DNA of 33,555 nucleotides from Clostridia bacterium. Its GTDB lineage: Bacteria > Bacillota > Clostridia > Christensenellales > CAG-1252. The DNA is taken from contig JAGAAA010000058.1 in assembly GCA_017615495.1 (NCBI GenBank), positions 1-33,555 on the forward strand, written 5' to 3'. A program made the position numbers and the translations under genes. Positions 7,486 through 15,331 of this stretch are shown here, in pieces; within the stretch, counting starts at the first letter, position 1, and each line of letters begins with the position of its first letter. Below the pieces are notes generated by a model that was not told the DNA's origin, searched no databases, and worked only from the letters and a program-made list of their open reading frames with translations.

Positions 7486-8910
7486 TCAACCCTTGTTTTC
7501 GGCAAGCAATTTTTGCTTGGTTTCGTAAAGTTTTTCAGAAAGGTCGACCTTGAAAATTTCGGGAAGAGTGACCCTCTTGTACTGCTCCCAGAAGGACGCC
7601 GAAGAACGCTTGTGATAGGCGGCGATCTCCTTGATCTCGGGGGAGAAATACACCTGTTCGCCACGGTCGAAAACCTTGACCAAAAGTTCTTCTACATAGT
7701 AGTTTTCAATGGTCATTTTCTTCCACGGATTTTCGGGGTCGAAGATCATGTACGGCGAGCCGTCGGGATTGGGCTCGTCGATCAAAAGCATCAAGTCGGC
7801 GATCGCCATCTTGGTCTTTTTGTCGTAGAAGCGGACCACCTTTTTAAGACCGGGATTGGTGACTTTTTCGATGGTGTTGCTGATCTTGATCTTGGGCACG
7901 AGCACCCCGTCCTTTTCAATTGCCGCGAGCTTGTAAACGCCGCCCAGACTCGGGTTGGAAAAACTCGTGATCAGTTTGGTGCCGATACCGTAGGTATCGA
8001 TCTTTGCGTTTTGCGAGTTCAAAGCGATCAAAACGTTTTCGTCTATGTCGCCCGAAGCGCAAATTTTTGCGTTGGGATAACCCGCTTCGTCAAGCATCTT
8101 TCTCGCCTGATTGGAAAGGTACGCCAAGTCACCGCTGTCGATGCGGATACCCACCGGCTCGTGACCTTTGGCGCGAAGCTCGTCAAACACCTTGATCGCG
8201 TTGGGAACGCCGCTCTTTAAGGTGTTGTACGTATCCACCAAAAGCAAGCAATTATCGGGATAAAGCTCGGCGTATTTGCGGAACGCCGTGATCTCGTCTT
8301 CAAAGCTCATCACCCAGCTGTGCGCGTGGGTACCGGAAACCTTGATGTCAAACATCTTGCCCGCAATGACGTTGGAGGTTGCCGCGCAACCGCCGATGAT
8401 CGCCGCCCTCGCGCCGTAAATACCGGCGTCCGGACCTTGCGCGCGACGCAAACCGAACTCCAATACCGCCGCTTTGGTGTTGTTTGCGATCTTGGACGCC
8501 TTGGTTGCGATCAAGGTTTGATGATTGATCAAGGTCAACAACGCGGTCTCTACGAATTGCGCTTGGAAAATGGGCGCTTTGACGATCAAAATGGGCTCGT
8601 ACGGGAAGATGATCGTACCTTCCTTGACCGCGTAAATATCGCCGGTGAACTTGAATTTACGCAGTTCCGAAAGAAACTCTTCGTCAAAGCAATTCAAACC
8701 GCGAAGATACGCTATGTCATCCTCGCTGAAGCTAATGTTTTTGATATAGTCGATCGCTTGTTCCAAGCCCGCCGCAACGGCGTAGGAAAGCTCTTCCCTG
8801 CCTCTGAAAAAGAGGTCGAAAACGGCTTCTTTGTCCTTTTGACCGCACTTCATATAGCCGTACATCATGGTCAGCTCGTAAAAGTCCGTGAGCAACGTCA
8901 GATTTCTCAT
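7486..8910 (-). CDS. pncB: Nicotinate phosphoribosyltransferase
   Basis: MRNLTLLTDFYELTMMYGY...GTHAHSWVMSF...VGIRIDSGDLAYLS is typical PncB. An AAGGAG SD lies 7 nt upstream. The start overlaps the lgt stop (ATGA). Confidence 0.93.
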   Translation of the reverse strand: MRNLTLLTDFYELTMMYGYMKCGQKDKEAVFDLFFRGREELSYAVAAGLEQAIDYIKNISFSEDDIAYLRGLNCFDEEFLSELRKFKFTGDIYAVKEGTIIFPYEPILIVKAPIFQAQFVETALLTLINHQTLIATKASKIANNTKAAVLEFGLRRAQGPDAGIYGARAAIIGGCAATSNVIAGKMFDIKVSGTHAHSWVMSFEDEITAFRKYAELYPDNCLLLVDTYNTLKSGVPNAIKVFDELRAKGHEPVGIRIDSGDLAYLSNQARKMLDEAGYPNAKICASGDIDENVLIALNSQNAKIDTYGIGTKLITSFSNPSLGGVYKLAAIEKDGVLVPKIKISNTIEKVTNPGLKKVVRFYDKKTKMAIADLMLLIDEPNPDGSPYMIFDPENPWKKMTIENYYVEELLVKVFDRGEQVYFSPEIKEIAAYHKRSSASFWEQYKRVTLPEIFKVDLSEKLYETKQKLLAENKG

Positions 8911-9743
8911 TTTATTTCTCCTTTTTCTTCGCTTTTCACTTCCGGCAAAGTGACCTTACCGGTATGTATTTTGTTTACGTAGATCAAAATGGTCAAGATC
9001 ATCGCAAGACCCGCCGCAATGGAACAGCCGAGCACGCCGATGCGGACGCTGCCCACTATGACCGCGTCGGAACGGAAAACCTCCATGATCGCGCGGACCA
9101 CCATATACCAAACGAGATAGGTCATAAAAGTCATCAGGTTCTTTTTGGAGCGGTAAAAAACGCACATCAGGATCGCAAACCCGATGAGGTTCAAAACCAT
9201 CTCGTAAAAGAACGTCGCTTGGAACCATCCGTTTTCCGCGTCAATAAAGACGGCAAACGGAAACTTTTGATAAGCTGGGTTTGTCACCGCCATTCCGTAA
9301 AGTTCCTGATTGGCAAAGTTGCCCCACCTGCCGAGCGCCTGTCCGAGCACCAATCCCGGAGCAATGACGTCCAAAACGGTGGAAACGCGCACTTTGTTGC
9401 GTTTGCAGGCAATAAAGGCGCCAAGCGCGCCGCCGGGAATGGCGCCGAGGATGGTGATGCCGCCTTCCCATATCGCAAAGATCTGACCGATGTCCTTAGC
9501 GCTATGCACGGCAAAATCCGCCGGATGGAACAAAACGTAAGCCAAACGGGCAAACACGATGGCAAAGGGAACCACCCAAAGGAACAGTTCCAACATAAAA
9601 TCCATCGAAAGCCCTCTCTTTTTTGCGTTTAGGCACGCAACGCCGTACCCGATCAAAATGGCGAGGGTAATAAAAATTCCATACCACCGCACGGACAATG
9701 AGCCCACTTCGAATGCGATCGGGTCGATATTTTTAATGCACAT
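8907..9743 (-). CDS. lgt: Prolipoprotein diacylglyceryl transferase
   Basis: Multi-TM protein with VRWYGIFI and the Lgt signature GRWGNFANQELYG. An AAGGAG SD lies upstream of the ATG at 9741-9743. Confidence 0.93.
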   Translation of the reverse strand: MCIKNIDPIAFEVGSLSVRWYGIFITLAILIGYGVACLNAKKRGLSMDFMLELFLWVVPFAIVFARLAYVLFHPADFAVHSAKDIGQIFAIWEGGITILGAIPGGALGAFIACKRNKVRVSTVLDVIAPGLVLGQALGRWGNFANQELYGMAVTNPAYQKFPFAVFIDAENGWFQATFFYEMVLNLIGFAILMCVFYRSKKNLMTFMTYLVWYMVVRAIMEVFRSDAVIVGSVRIGVLGCSIAAGLAMILTILIYVNKIHTGKVTLPEVKSEEKGEIK

Positions 9744-10827
9744 TTTTTTCTCCTTGATCAGAAGGTCCGTCCTCGGACGCTTCCGTTACGTTATTTGACA
9801 AAGCCGACGTTTCGGCAAGCGCAGTTGCGCCCTCTTCCGTCTCCGCGGCTTGCTCCGTTTTCTTTTTGTTGGCGCGGCCGAAGGTGAGTTTATCGATGAT
9901 CTTCATAATGAAGTTTTCGATTTTTTCGCTGTACTTTATCGTAAGGATAAACAGCACCACCACCGCCACGATGATCACCGCCCATAACAGCAGCCACCAC
10001 CCGTAAAAGGGGATGGAAACCACGCCTTTTGCGATCAATATCGTCGTCAGCACCCCGATCGTACGGCTAAACACCTGCAAAAGGAAGAAGCCCACGTACG
10101 TGTAATCGGTCATACCGGCGAGAATGCAGAGGAAATCATCCGGGAAAAACGGGAACAAAAACATATAAAACAGCACGATCTTGTCGCGCCCTTTGGTCAT
10201 GTTCTTGTACTTTTTGATCGTTTTCTCCCCCACCAGCCAATTGGCGAAACGCACGCCGAACACTCTGCCGAGAAAAAACGCGAACATTGAGCCCGCAACC
10301 AGCCCGATGACCGTCAGATACAGCGGTTTCCATATCCCATCAAAGAGGATAGCGCCCGCCGTCGTGGTAATGGTGCTGGGGATGGGAATGACGGTAACTT
10401 GCAAAAAGTTTGCCGCCACGAAGATCACTTCCGCCACGCCGCCCGAATTGTTTATGTAATTTACGACGTCGTCCGCCGAATTGATGGAGGACATAAACCC
10501 GCTGCGATGCAGAGCGAAGTAAACCACGAGGAAGATCGCGCCGATGTAAAAGGTGGTGACGGAAAGCTTAAACGCCGTTTCCCACCCTTTAAACAAAGCG
10601 GTAAAAGCAAGAGCCGCAACCCCTACGATGGCGACGAAGACGATGGAAAGCACCATAATGGACAAATACGGGTAAGAAAGTGCAAGGAAAGTTGTGGTGA
10701 CCAGCACCGCAAACACGCAAACGAGAAAGCGTATTACTCTCTTTTTGTTCCAAACAGACTTTTTCTTGCCCGACTCCGGAATGGCGCCCTGCTCTTCCGC
10801 CCGGGTACGTAATTCCTTTTCTTCCAT
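9733..10827 (-). CDS. TVP38/TMEM64 (DedA-related, SNARE-associated) family membrane protein with extra N-terminal TM segments and an acidic C-terminal tail
   Basis: FLQVTVIPIPSTITTTAGAILFD...VAGSMFAFFLGRVFG...FPFFPDDFLCILAGMT matches the TVP38/YdjX-type core. The start codon shares one nt with the upstream stop (TAATG at 10825-10829). Confidence 0.8.
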   Translation of the reverse strand: MEEKELRTRAEEQGAIPESGKKKSVWNKKRVIRFLVCVFAVLVTTTFLALSYPYLSIMVLSIVFVAIVGVAALAFTALFKGWETAFKLSVTTFYIGAIFLVVYFALHRSGFMSSINSADDVVNYINNSGGVAEVIFVAANFLQVTVIPIPSTITTTAGAILFDGIWKPLYLTVIGLVAGSMFAFFLGRVFGVRFANWLVGEKTIKKYKNMTKGRDKIVLFYMFLFPFFPDDFLCILAGMTDYTYVGFFLLQVFSRTIGVLTTILIAKGVVSIPFYGWWLLLWAVIIVAVVVLFILTIKYSEKIENFIMKIIDKLTFGRANKKKTEQAAETEEGATALAETSALSNNVTEASEDGPSDQGEKNVH

Positions 10828-12059
10828 TATTTCTCCGCGCGACTTTGCGACTCTTTACGAGCGATCTCGTCGCAACGATTGTTCATTTCGTCGTCCGAAT
10901 GACCTTTCACCTTGATAAAGCGAACGTCGTGCGCCGCAAGCAAGTTGACAAGTTTTTTCCACAAATCGACGTTTTTGACGTCCGCCCAACGACGCGCCTG
11001 CCAGTTTTTGAGCCAATCGTTGTTGACGGCGTTGACCACGTAGGCGGAATCGCTGTGTACTTCAATGACGCAACGCGGCTTTTTGATGGATTCCAAACCA
11101 CTGATGACCGCCATCAGTTCCATACGGTTGTTTGTGGTGCTGTCCTCACCGCCGCTGACCACCTTTTCCACATCGCCGAAGGTCAGGATGGCGCAGTATC
11201 CGCCCGGACCGGGGTTGCCGCTGCAAGCGCCGTCCGTATACATCTTTACGGCGGTTTGCGAACCGGGATTGCTCATCTCCACCGAACGCGCGCGACAACG
11301 GTCAACGCCTTCCGCGATGGTCTCCTCCAAGCCCGCCAATCTGTAATATGCCACGGCTTGAATGGTGGTGCCGCCCTTACTGCAAACGGCGTCGATCAAA
11401 TCGTCTATCTTCTTATCGGAATTGCCTATCATGCGAGCGCCGCCGATCAAGGTCGCCAGCGTAAGCTTTTTTGCTTCCTCAAAGTTCAAGCCGCCGTTCA
11501 TTCCGCCTTTGATCATGCCCTGCGCGAACATATACGCATAGGCGGGACCGCTGCCGCTGACCGAGGTCACGGCGTCAAACTTCTTTTCCTCAAGCTCAAT
11601 GATCTCGCCCAAAGCGGAAAATACCGCAAGCGGAAACTCCTTTTCTTCCTCGTCGTAGCCGCAAAAGCAAAGCGCGCTCATACCGCTGCCGATCATACAC
11701 GGGGTGTTGGGCATAACGCGACAGATCTTTTTCGCGCCGAGTTTTTCCTTCAACGTGGCGACGGTAACGCCAGCCATAATGGAGATCACTTTGGGCGCAA
11801 AACCTTGCTTAAGTTCCGCCGCGATATCGGGGAAACTTTGCGGTTTTACGGCAAAAAGCAAGTACTCAACGCTCTTTGACAAAAGCACGTTGTCCTTCGT
11901 TACGGCAACGCCAAGTTCCTTTGCCTGCGCGAGTTTTTCATCCGACAGATCACTGACGATGATCTCCTGCGGCTCCAGGACGCCGTTTGTCAAAATTCCT
12001 TTTGTGATGGCGGAGGACATGTTCCCCGCGCCGACGATGCCAAGTTTGTATTTATCCAT
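10827..12059 (-). CDS. proC: In-frame fusion: pyrroline-5-carboxylate reductase ProC (about 11270-12059) plus RNase HI (about 10827-11243)
   Basis: ProC part: MDKYKLGIVGAGNMSSAI...RVMPNTPCMIGSG...SGSGPAYAYMF...VCSKGGTTI...RSVEMS. An 8-10 aa linker follows. RNase HI part: VKMYTDGACSGNPGPGGY...TNNRMELMA...VHSDSAYV...VKGHSDDEMNNRCDEIA, with all DEDD/H catalytic positions present. No stop codon lies between the two parts. Confidence 0.85.
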   Translation of the reverse strand: MDKYKLGIVGAGNMSSAITKGILTNGVLEPQEIIVSDLSDEKLAQAKELGVAVTKDNVLLSKSVEYLLFAVKPQSFPDIAAELKQGFAPKVISIMAGVTVATLKEKLGAKKICRVMPNTPCMIGSGMSALCFCGYDEEEKEFPLAVFSALGEIIELEEKKFDAVTSVSGSGPAYAYMFAQGMIKGGMNGGLNFEEAKKLTLATLIGGARMIGNSDKKIDDLIDAVCSKGGTTIQAVAYYRLAGLEETIAEGVDRCRARSVEMSNPGSQTAVKMYTDGACSGNPGPGGYCAILTFGDVEKVVSGGEDSTTNNRMELMAVISGLESIKKPRCVIEVHSDSAYVVNAVNNDWLKNWQARRWADVKNVDLWKKLVNLLAAHDVRFIKVKGHSDDEMNNRCDEIARKESQSRAEK

Positions 12060-12068
12060 AAAAATCGA

Positions 12069-12097
12069 TTGACTTAGCTCCTTATATATTTTATAAT
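12069..12097 (+). promoter_or_regulatory. Consensus sigma-A promoter for tRNA-Trp
   Basis: TTGACT (12069-12074) - 17 nt - TATAAT (12092-12097). It ends 15 nt upstream of the mature tRNA 5' end. Confidence 0.6.
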
Positions 12098-12112
12098 AAC
12101 TATTGTTTTCTT

Positions 12113-12187
12113 AGGGGAGTGGCTCAATGGTAGAGCAGCGGTCTCCAAAACCGCTGGTTGCGTGTTCGAATCGCGTCTCCCCTGCCA
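12113..12187 (+). tRNA. trnW: tRNA-Trp (anticodon CCA), with encoded 3' CCA
   Basis: Cloverleaf read by eye. Acceptor AGGGGAG/CTCCCCT. D arm GCTC-AATGGTA-GAGC. Anticodon arm GCGGT-CTCCAAA-ACCGC (anticodon CCA). T arm GCGTG-TTCGAAT-CGCGT. Discriminator G, then CCA. Confidence 0.95.
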
Positions 12188-12191
12188 AGTT

Positions 12192-12219
12192 GCCTTGCTT
12201 TCGCAAGGCTTCTTTTTTT
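12192..12219 (+). terminator. Rho-independent terminator of tRNA-Trp
   Basis: GCCTTGC (12192-12198) - TTTC - GCAAGGC (12203-12209), followed by TTCTTTTTTT. Confidence 0.8.
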
Positions 12220-12336
12220 GCTTTTACGCGATTCTCCACGCAACCTTGTGTCTCCTTACGGATCCACGTTGCATGTGACGTTCGCAAATCGAATGCAAGC
12301 ATTCTTGCTCACTATTCCGTCGCTTCGCTCCTCGCG

Positions 12337-12410
12337 ATCACGTCTCCCCTGCCAAGTTGCCTTGCTTTCGCAAGGCTTCTTTTTTTTGTTATACGCGATT
12401 CTCCACGCAA
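12337..12410 (+). repeat. Second copy of a 74-bp direct repeat (first copy 12170-12243): last 18 nt of tRNA-Trp, its terminator and 24 nt downstream
   Basis: Ungapped comparison of 12170-12243 with 12337-12410 gives 70/74 identical positions at a period of 167 bp. Copy 2 carries ATCACGTCTCCCCTGCCA but has no matching 5' tRNA half upstream, so it is a tRNA 3' fragment and not a gene. Confidence 0.85.
12359..12387 (+). terminator. Duplicated terminator hairpin (tandem second terminator on the plus strand)
   Basis: Same GCCTTGC-TTTC-GCAAGGC hairpin (12359-12376), followed by TTC plus T8. Confidence 0.6.
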
Positions 12411-12514
12411 TTCATTGCGTCTTCCTCAAAATCCCGTTATGCGCCAGCATAAGTCACAAAGTTTTTCACTCTGGCGACGACGAAGAAAGGGGTAGAGACG
12501 AGCGCGCTCCGAGC

Positions 12515-12555
12515 CGCCAAGTAGGCGCGTACTAAGTGTACGTAACTGCTTGGCG
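12515..12555. repeat. Conserved hairpin element, copy 1 (in the rny 3' region)
   Basis: CGCCAAGTAG-GC-G-CGTAC-TAAGT-GTACG-T-AA-CTGCTTGGCG. The core 12523-12549 is 24/27 identical to 23261-23287. There is no adjacent U-run on either strand. Confidence 0.6.
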
Positions 12556-12598
12556 ACGAGGTCGTTAGCGAAGTATATGCCCTTTTATACGTCGACGC

Positions 12599-14188
12599 CT
12601 ACTTGGCGTATTCTACGCTGCGAAGCTCGCGTATAACGCTGACTTTGATTTGACCGGGATACTCAAGCTCGTTTTCAAGCGTCTTGGCGATCTCCTTAGC
12701 GATGAAGTAGGTCTTGCTGTCGTCCACCTTTTCGGGCTTGACCATAACTCTGATCTCACGGCCTGCCTGGATGGCGAAGGACTGTTCAACGCCCTCAAAG
12801 GAATTGGCGATCTTTTCAATGTTTTCAAGCCTCTTGACGTAGTTTTCAAGCGACTCTCTGCGTGCGCCGGGACGCGCGCCGCTGATGGCGTCCGCCGCTT
12901 GCACGATGACCGCTTCCACCGTCTTGGCTTCCACGTCGCCGTGGTGCGCCGCAATGGCGTGGATGACCGCTTCGCTTTCTTTGAACTTCTTGGCGAGCTC
13001 CACACCGATGGCAACGTGCGTACCCTCTACTTCGTGGTCTACCGCCTTACCGATATCGTGAAGCAAGCCCGCGCGCTTTGCGATCTTGACGTCCGCGCCG
13101 ATCTCCGCCGCAAGGATGCCCGCAAGGTGCGAAACCTCAATGGAATGCTTCAACACGTTTTGACCGTAACTCGTTCTGAACTTCAAACGACCGAGGATCT
13201 TAACAAGTTCGGGATGTAAGCCGTAAACCGCAACTTCGAAGGCGGCTTCTTCGCCGGCGTCCTTCATCTGGTTGTCGATCTCGTTTTTGACCTTCTCCAC
13301 GGTCTCTTCGATACGGGCGGGATGGATCCTGCCGTCGCTCATAAGCTTTTCAAGCGCTACGCGACCGATCTCCCTTCTGACCGGATCGAACGCGGAGATG
13401 GTGACCACGTCCGGGGTGTCGTCGATAATGACGTCAACGCCGGTGGCGTTTTCAAAGGCGCGGATGTTACGACCCACACGTCCGATGATCCTGCCCTTCA
13501 TTTCATCGTTGGGAAGGGGTACCACGGAAACCGCGATCTCACTTGCGTGATCGGTGGCGCATCTTTGCACCGCCATCGTAACGAGCTCACGCGCTTTTGC
13601 CTCGGCGTTTTCCTTGGCTTCCGCCTCGATCTCCTTTGCCATTTGCACGGCGTCGCGCTTGGCGTCGTCGAGCATGTTTTCAAGGAGCTCGTTTTTGGCT
13701 TCGTCGCGCGACATACCGGAAACCTTTTCAAGTTCCACAAGCATTTTGTTGTGCGATTCCGCAACTTCGTTTTCTTTGCGGACGATGTCCTGCTCCCTGA
13801 CGTTCAAAGCCGCTTGGGCGTTTTCCACGTCGGTCAAGCGCCTATCAAGGGTGTCTTCTTTTCTGGTAAGAGCTTCTTCTCTTGCCGCGACGCGTTGCTC
13901 GAGTTTTTGCACCTCGGCGCGTCTTTCGCGCACTTCCCTATCCACCTCCGTGCGAAGTCTGTGTTGTTCTTCCTTCGCCTCGATCAAGGCTTCTTTGCGC
14001 ATTGACTTAGCTTCTTGTCTGCTGTCCTCCAATATTCTTGCCGCTTCCGCTTGAGCGTTGCCTAATTTCTTGTCGATCACGAATTTGTATACGACGATGC
14101 CGACCGCCGCGCCGATGATCAGCGCGACCACACCGGAAATTACGCCAACAACTGCGGAAGAAACACTCAATAAATTGCCAAATATCAT
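12599..14188 (-). CDS. rny: Ribonuclease Y
   Basis: N-terminal TM anchor, long coiled coil, KH domain ([15 protein letters not shown]) and HD domain (LLHDIGKA...AAHHGD). An AGGAGG SD lies 9 nt upstream of the ATG at 14186-14188. Confidence 0.97.
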   Translation of the reverse strand: MIFGNLLSVSSAVVGVISGVVALIIGAAVGIVVYKFVIDKKLGNAQAEAARILEDSRQEAKSMRKEALIEAKEEQHRLRTEVDREVRERRAEVQKLEQRVAAREEALTRKEDTLDRRLTDVENAQAALNVREQDIVRKENEVAESHNKMLVELEKVSGMSRDEAKNELLENMLDDAKRDAVQMAKEIEAEAKENAEAKARELVTMAVQRCATDHASEIAVSVVPLPNDEMKGRIIGRVGRNIRAFENATGVDVIIDDTPDVVTISAFDPVRREIGRVALEKLMSDGRIHPARIEETVEKVKNEIDNQMKDAGEEAAFEVAVYGLHPELVKILGRLKFRTSYGQNVLKHSIEVSHLAGILAAEIGADVKIAKRAGLLHDIGKAVDHEVEGTHVAIGVELAKKFKESEAVIHAIAAHHGDVEAKTVEAVIVQAADAISGARPGARRESLENYVKRLENIEKIANSFEGVEQSFAIQAGREIRVMVKPEKVDDSKTYFIAKEIAKTLENELEYPGQIKVSVIRELRSVEYAK

Positions 14189-14214
14189 GTGTTGTTTCCT
14201 CCTAAAATATATTT

Positions 14215-14239
14215 GTAACGGGATCTATCCCGCTGTTAC
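14215..14239 (-). other. Small bulged hairpin between recA and rny (possible weak terminator or processing site)
   Basis: GTAAC/GTTAC and GGGA/TCCC stems with a 3-nt bulge. There is no clean U-run, so function is uncertain. Confidence 0.25.
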
Positions 14240-14240
14240 C

Positions 14241-15278
14241 TTAATTTGCGCTGTCAAGCTTTTCCTTGACGAGCGTTTCGATCTCGTTATAAAGATCGGG
14301 ATTGCTCTTCAACAGAGCGATGACTTTTTCTCTGCCCTGACCGATCTTCTCGTCGTTGTAGCTGATCCAAGAACCGCTTTTGACGAGGACGCCCTTCTCG
14401 ATGGCGAGGTCAACCAAGCTGCCTTCTTTGGAAATGCCCTGACCGAAGATGATCTCAAATTCCGCCGTACGGAACGGAGGCGCAAGCTTGTTCTTCACAA
14501 CTTTGACCGCCGTCTTGTTACCGATGATCACGCCGCCGTCTTTGACAGCATCCTTCTTGCGGACGTCCAAACGCACGCTGGAATAGAACTTAAGCGCCTT
14601 GCCGCCCGTGGTGGTCTCAGGGTTGCCAAACATCACGCCCACCTTCTCACGAAGCTGGTTGATGAAGATCACGCAAGTTTTGCTCTTGTTGATGATGGCA
14701 GTCAACTTACGGAGCGCCTTGGACATCAACCTTGCTTGCACGCCAACGTTTTGCTGTTCCATATCCCCTTCGATCTCCGACTTGGGAGTAAGCGCCGCCA
14801 CGCTGTCGATGACGATGATATCCACCGCGTTACTTCTGACGAGGTAATCGGCGATGTCGAGCGCTTGCTCGCCGTTGTCCGGCTGAGAGATATAGAGGTC
14901 CTCGGTGTTAACGCCAAGCTTCTTTGCGTACTCGGGGTCGAGCGCGTGCTCCGCGTCAATGAAAGCCGCGGTGCCGCCAAGCTTTTGCGCTTCCGCAACG
15001 ACGTGCAAAGAAACGGTGGTTTTACCGCTGGATTCCGGTCCGTAGATCTCCACGATCCTGCCGCGCGGCAAGCCGCCTATTCCGAGAGCGTTATCCAAAG
15101 CAAGGCACCCGGTGGGGATCACGTCCACTTTGACGCTGTAGCCGTCGCCGAGTTTCATAATGGAACCTTTGCCGTGTACTTTTTCAATTTGTTGGATCGC
15201 TTGTTCCAAAGCTTTGCGCTTTTCTTCAAGCTTCTTTTCGTCGATATGAGTTCCGTTCGTTTTTTCGTTTTCGTTCAT
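14241..15278 (-). CDS. recA: Recombinase RecA
   Basis: Walker [10 protein letters not shown], then ...[10 protein letters not shown]...IVIDSVAAL...[23 protein letters not shown] chose the start at ATG 15276-15278 with an AGGAGA SD; the ORF-track start at 15314 is discarded. Confidence 0.98.
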   Translation of the reverse strand: MNENEKTNGTHIDEKKLEEKRKALEQAIQQIEKVHGKGSIMKLGDGYSVKVDVIPTGCLALDNALGIGGLPRGRIVEIYGPESSGKTTVSLHVVAEAQKLGGTAAFIDAEHALDPEYAKKLGVNTEDLYISQPDNGEQALDIADYLVRSNAVDIIVIDSVAALTPKSEIEGDMEQQNVGVQARLMSKALRKLTAIINKSKTCVIFINQLREKVGVMFGNPETTTGGKALKFYSSVRLDVRKKDAVKDGGVIIGNKTAVKVVKNKLAPPFRTAEFEIIFGQGISKEGSLVDLAIEKGVLVKSGSWISYNDEKIGQGREKVIALLKSNPDLYNEIETLVKEKLDSAN

Positions 15279-15331
15279 AATCGTTCTCCTAAAAATATAT
15301 TTATAATAAAGCAACGAGCCCGAAGGACAAG

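Noticed and set aside
12265-12354. Possible second tRNA gene or pseudogene ending in the duplicated ...CTCCCCTGCCA.
   Set aside because: Only the last ~18 nt match tRNA-Trp. There is no AGGGGAG 5' acceptor strand, D arm or anticodon arm in the preceding ~75 nt. It is a 3' fragment, not a tRNA.
12439-12495. 18-codon sORF (MRQHKSQSFSLWRRRRKG) in the tRNA-rny intergenic region.
   Set aside because: It has no SD and an arginine-run composition typical of a random frame. It overlaps a small hairpin (TTATGC-GCCA-GCATAA). Nothing supports translation.
12127-12535. Two overlapping plus-strand ORFs (122 and 125 aa) spanning the tRNA-Trp region, both containing the peptide SPLPSCLAFARLLF.
   Set aside because: They run through the tRNA gene and its terminator. 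The repeated peptide is just the translation of the 74-bp DNA direct repeat. There is no SD and no protein-like composition.
15279-15331. Search for a LexA (Cheo-type GAAC-N4-GTTC) box upstream of recA.
   Set aside because: Only direct GAAC...GAAC repeats occur around the start codon (AGAACGATTATGAACG). No inverted GAAC-N4-GTTC motif is present in the 53-nt intergenic region.
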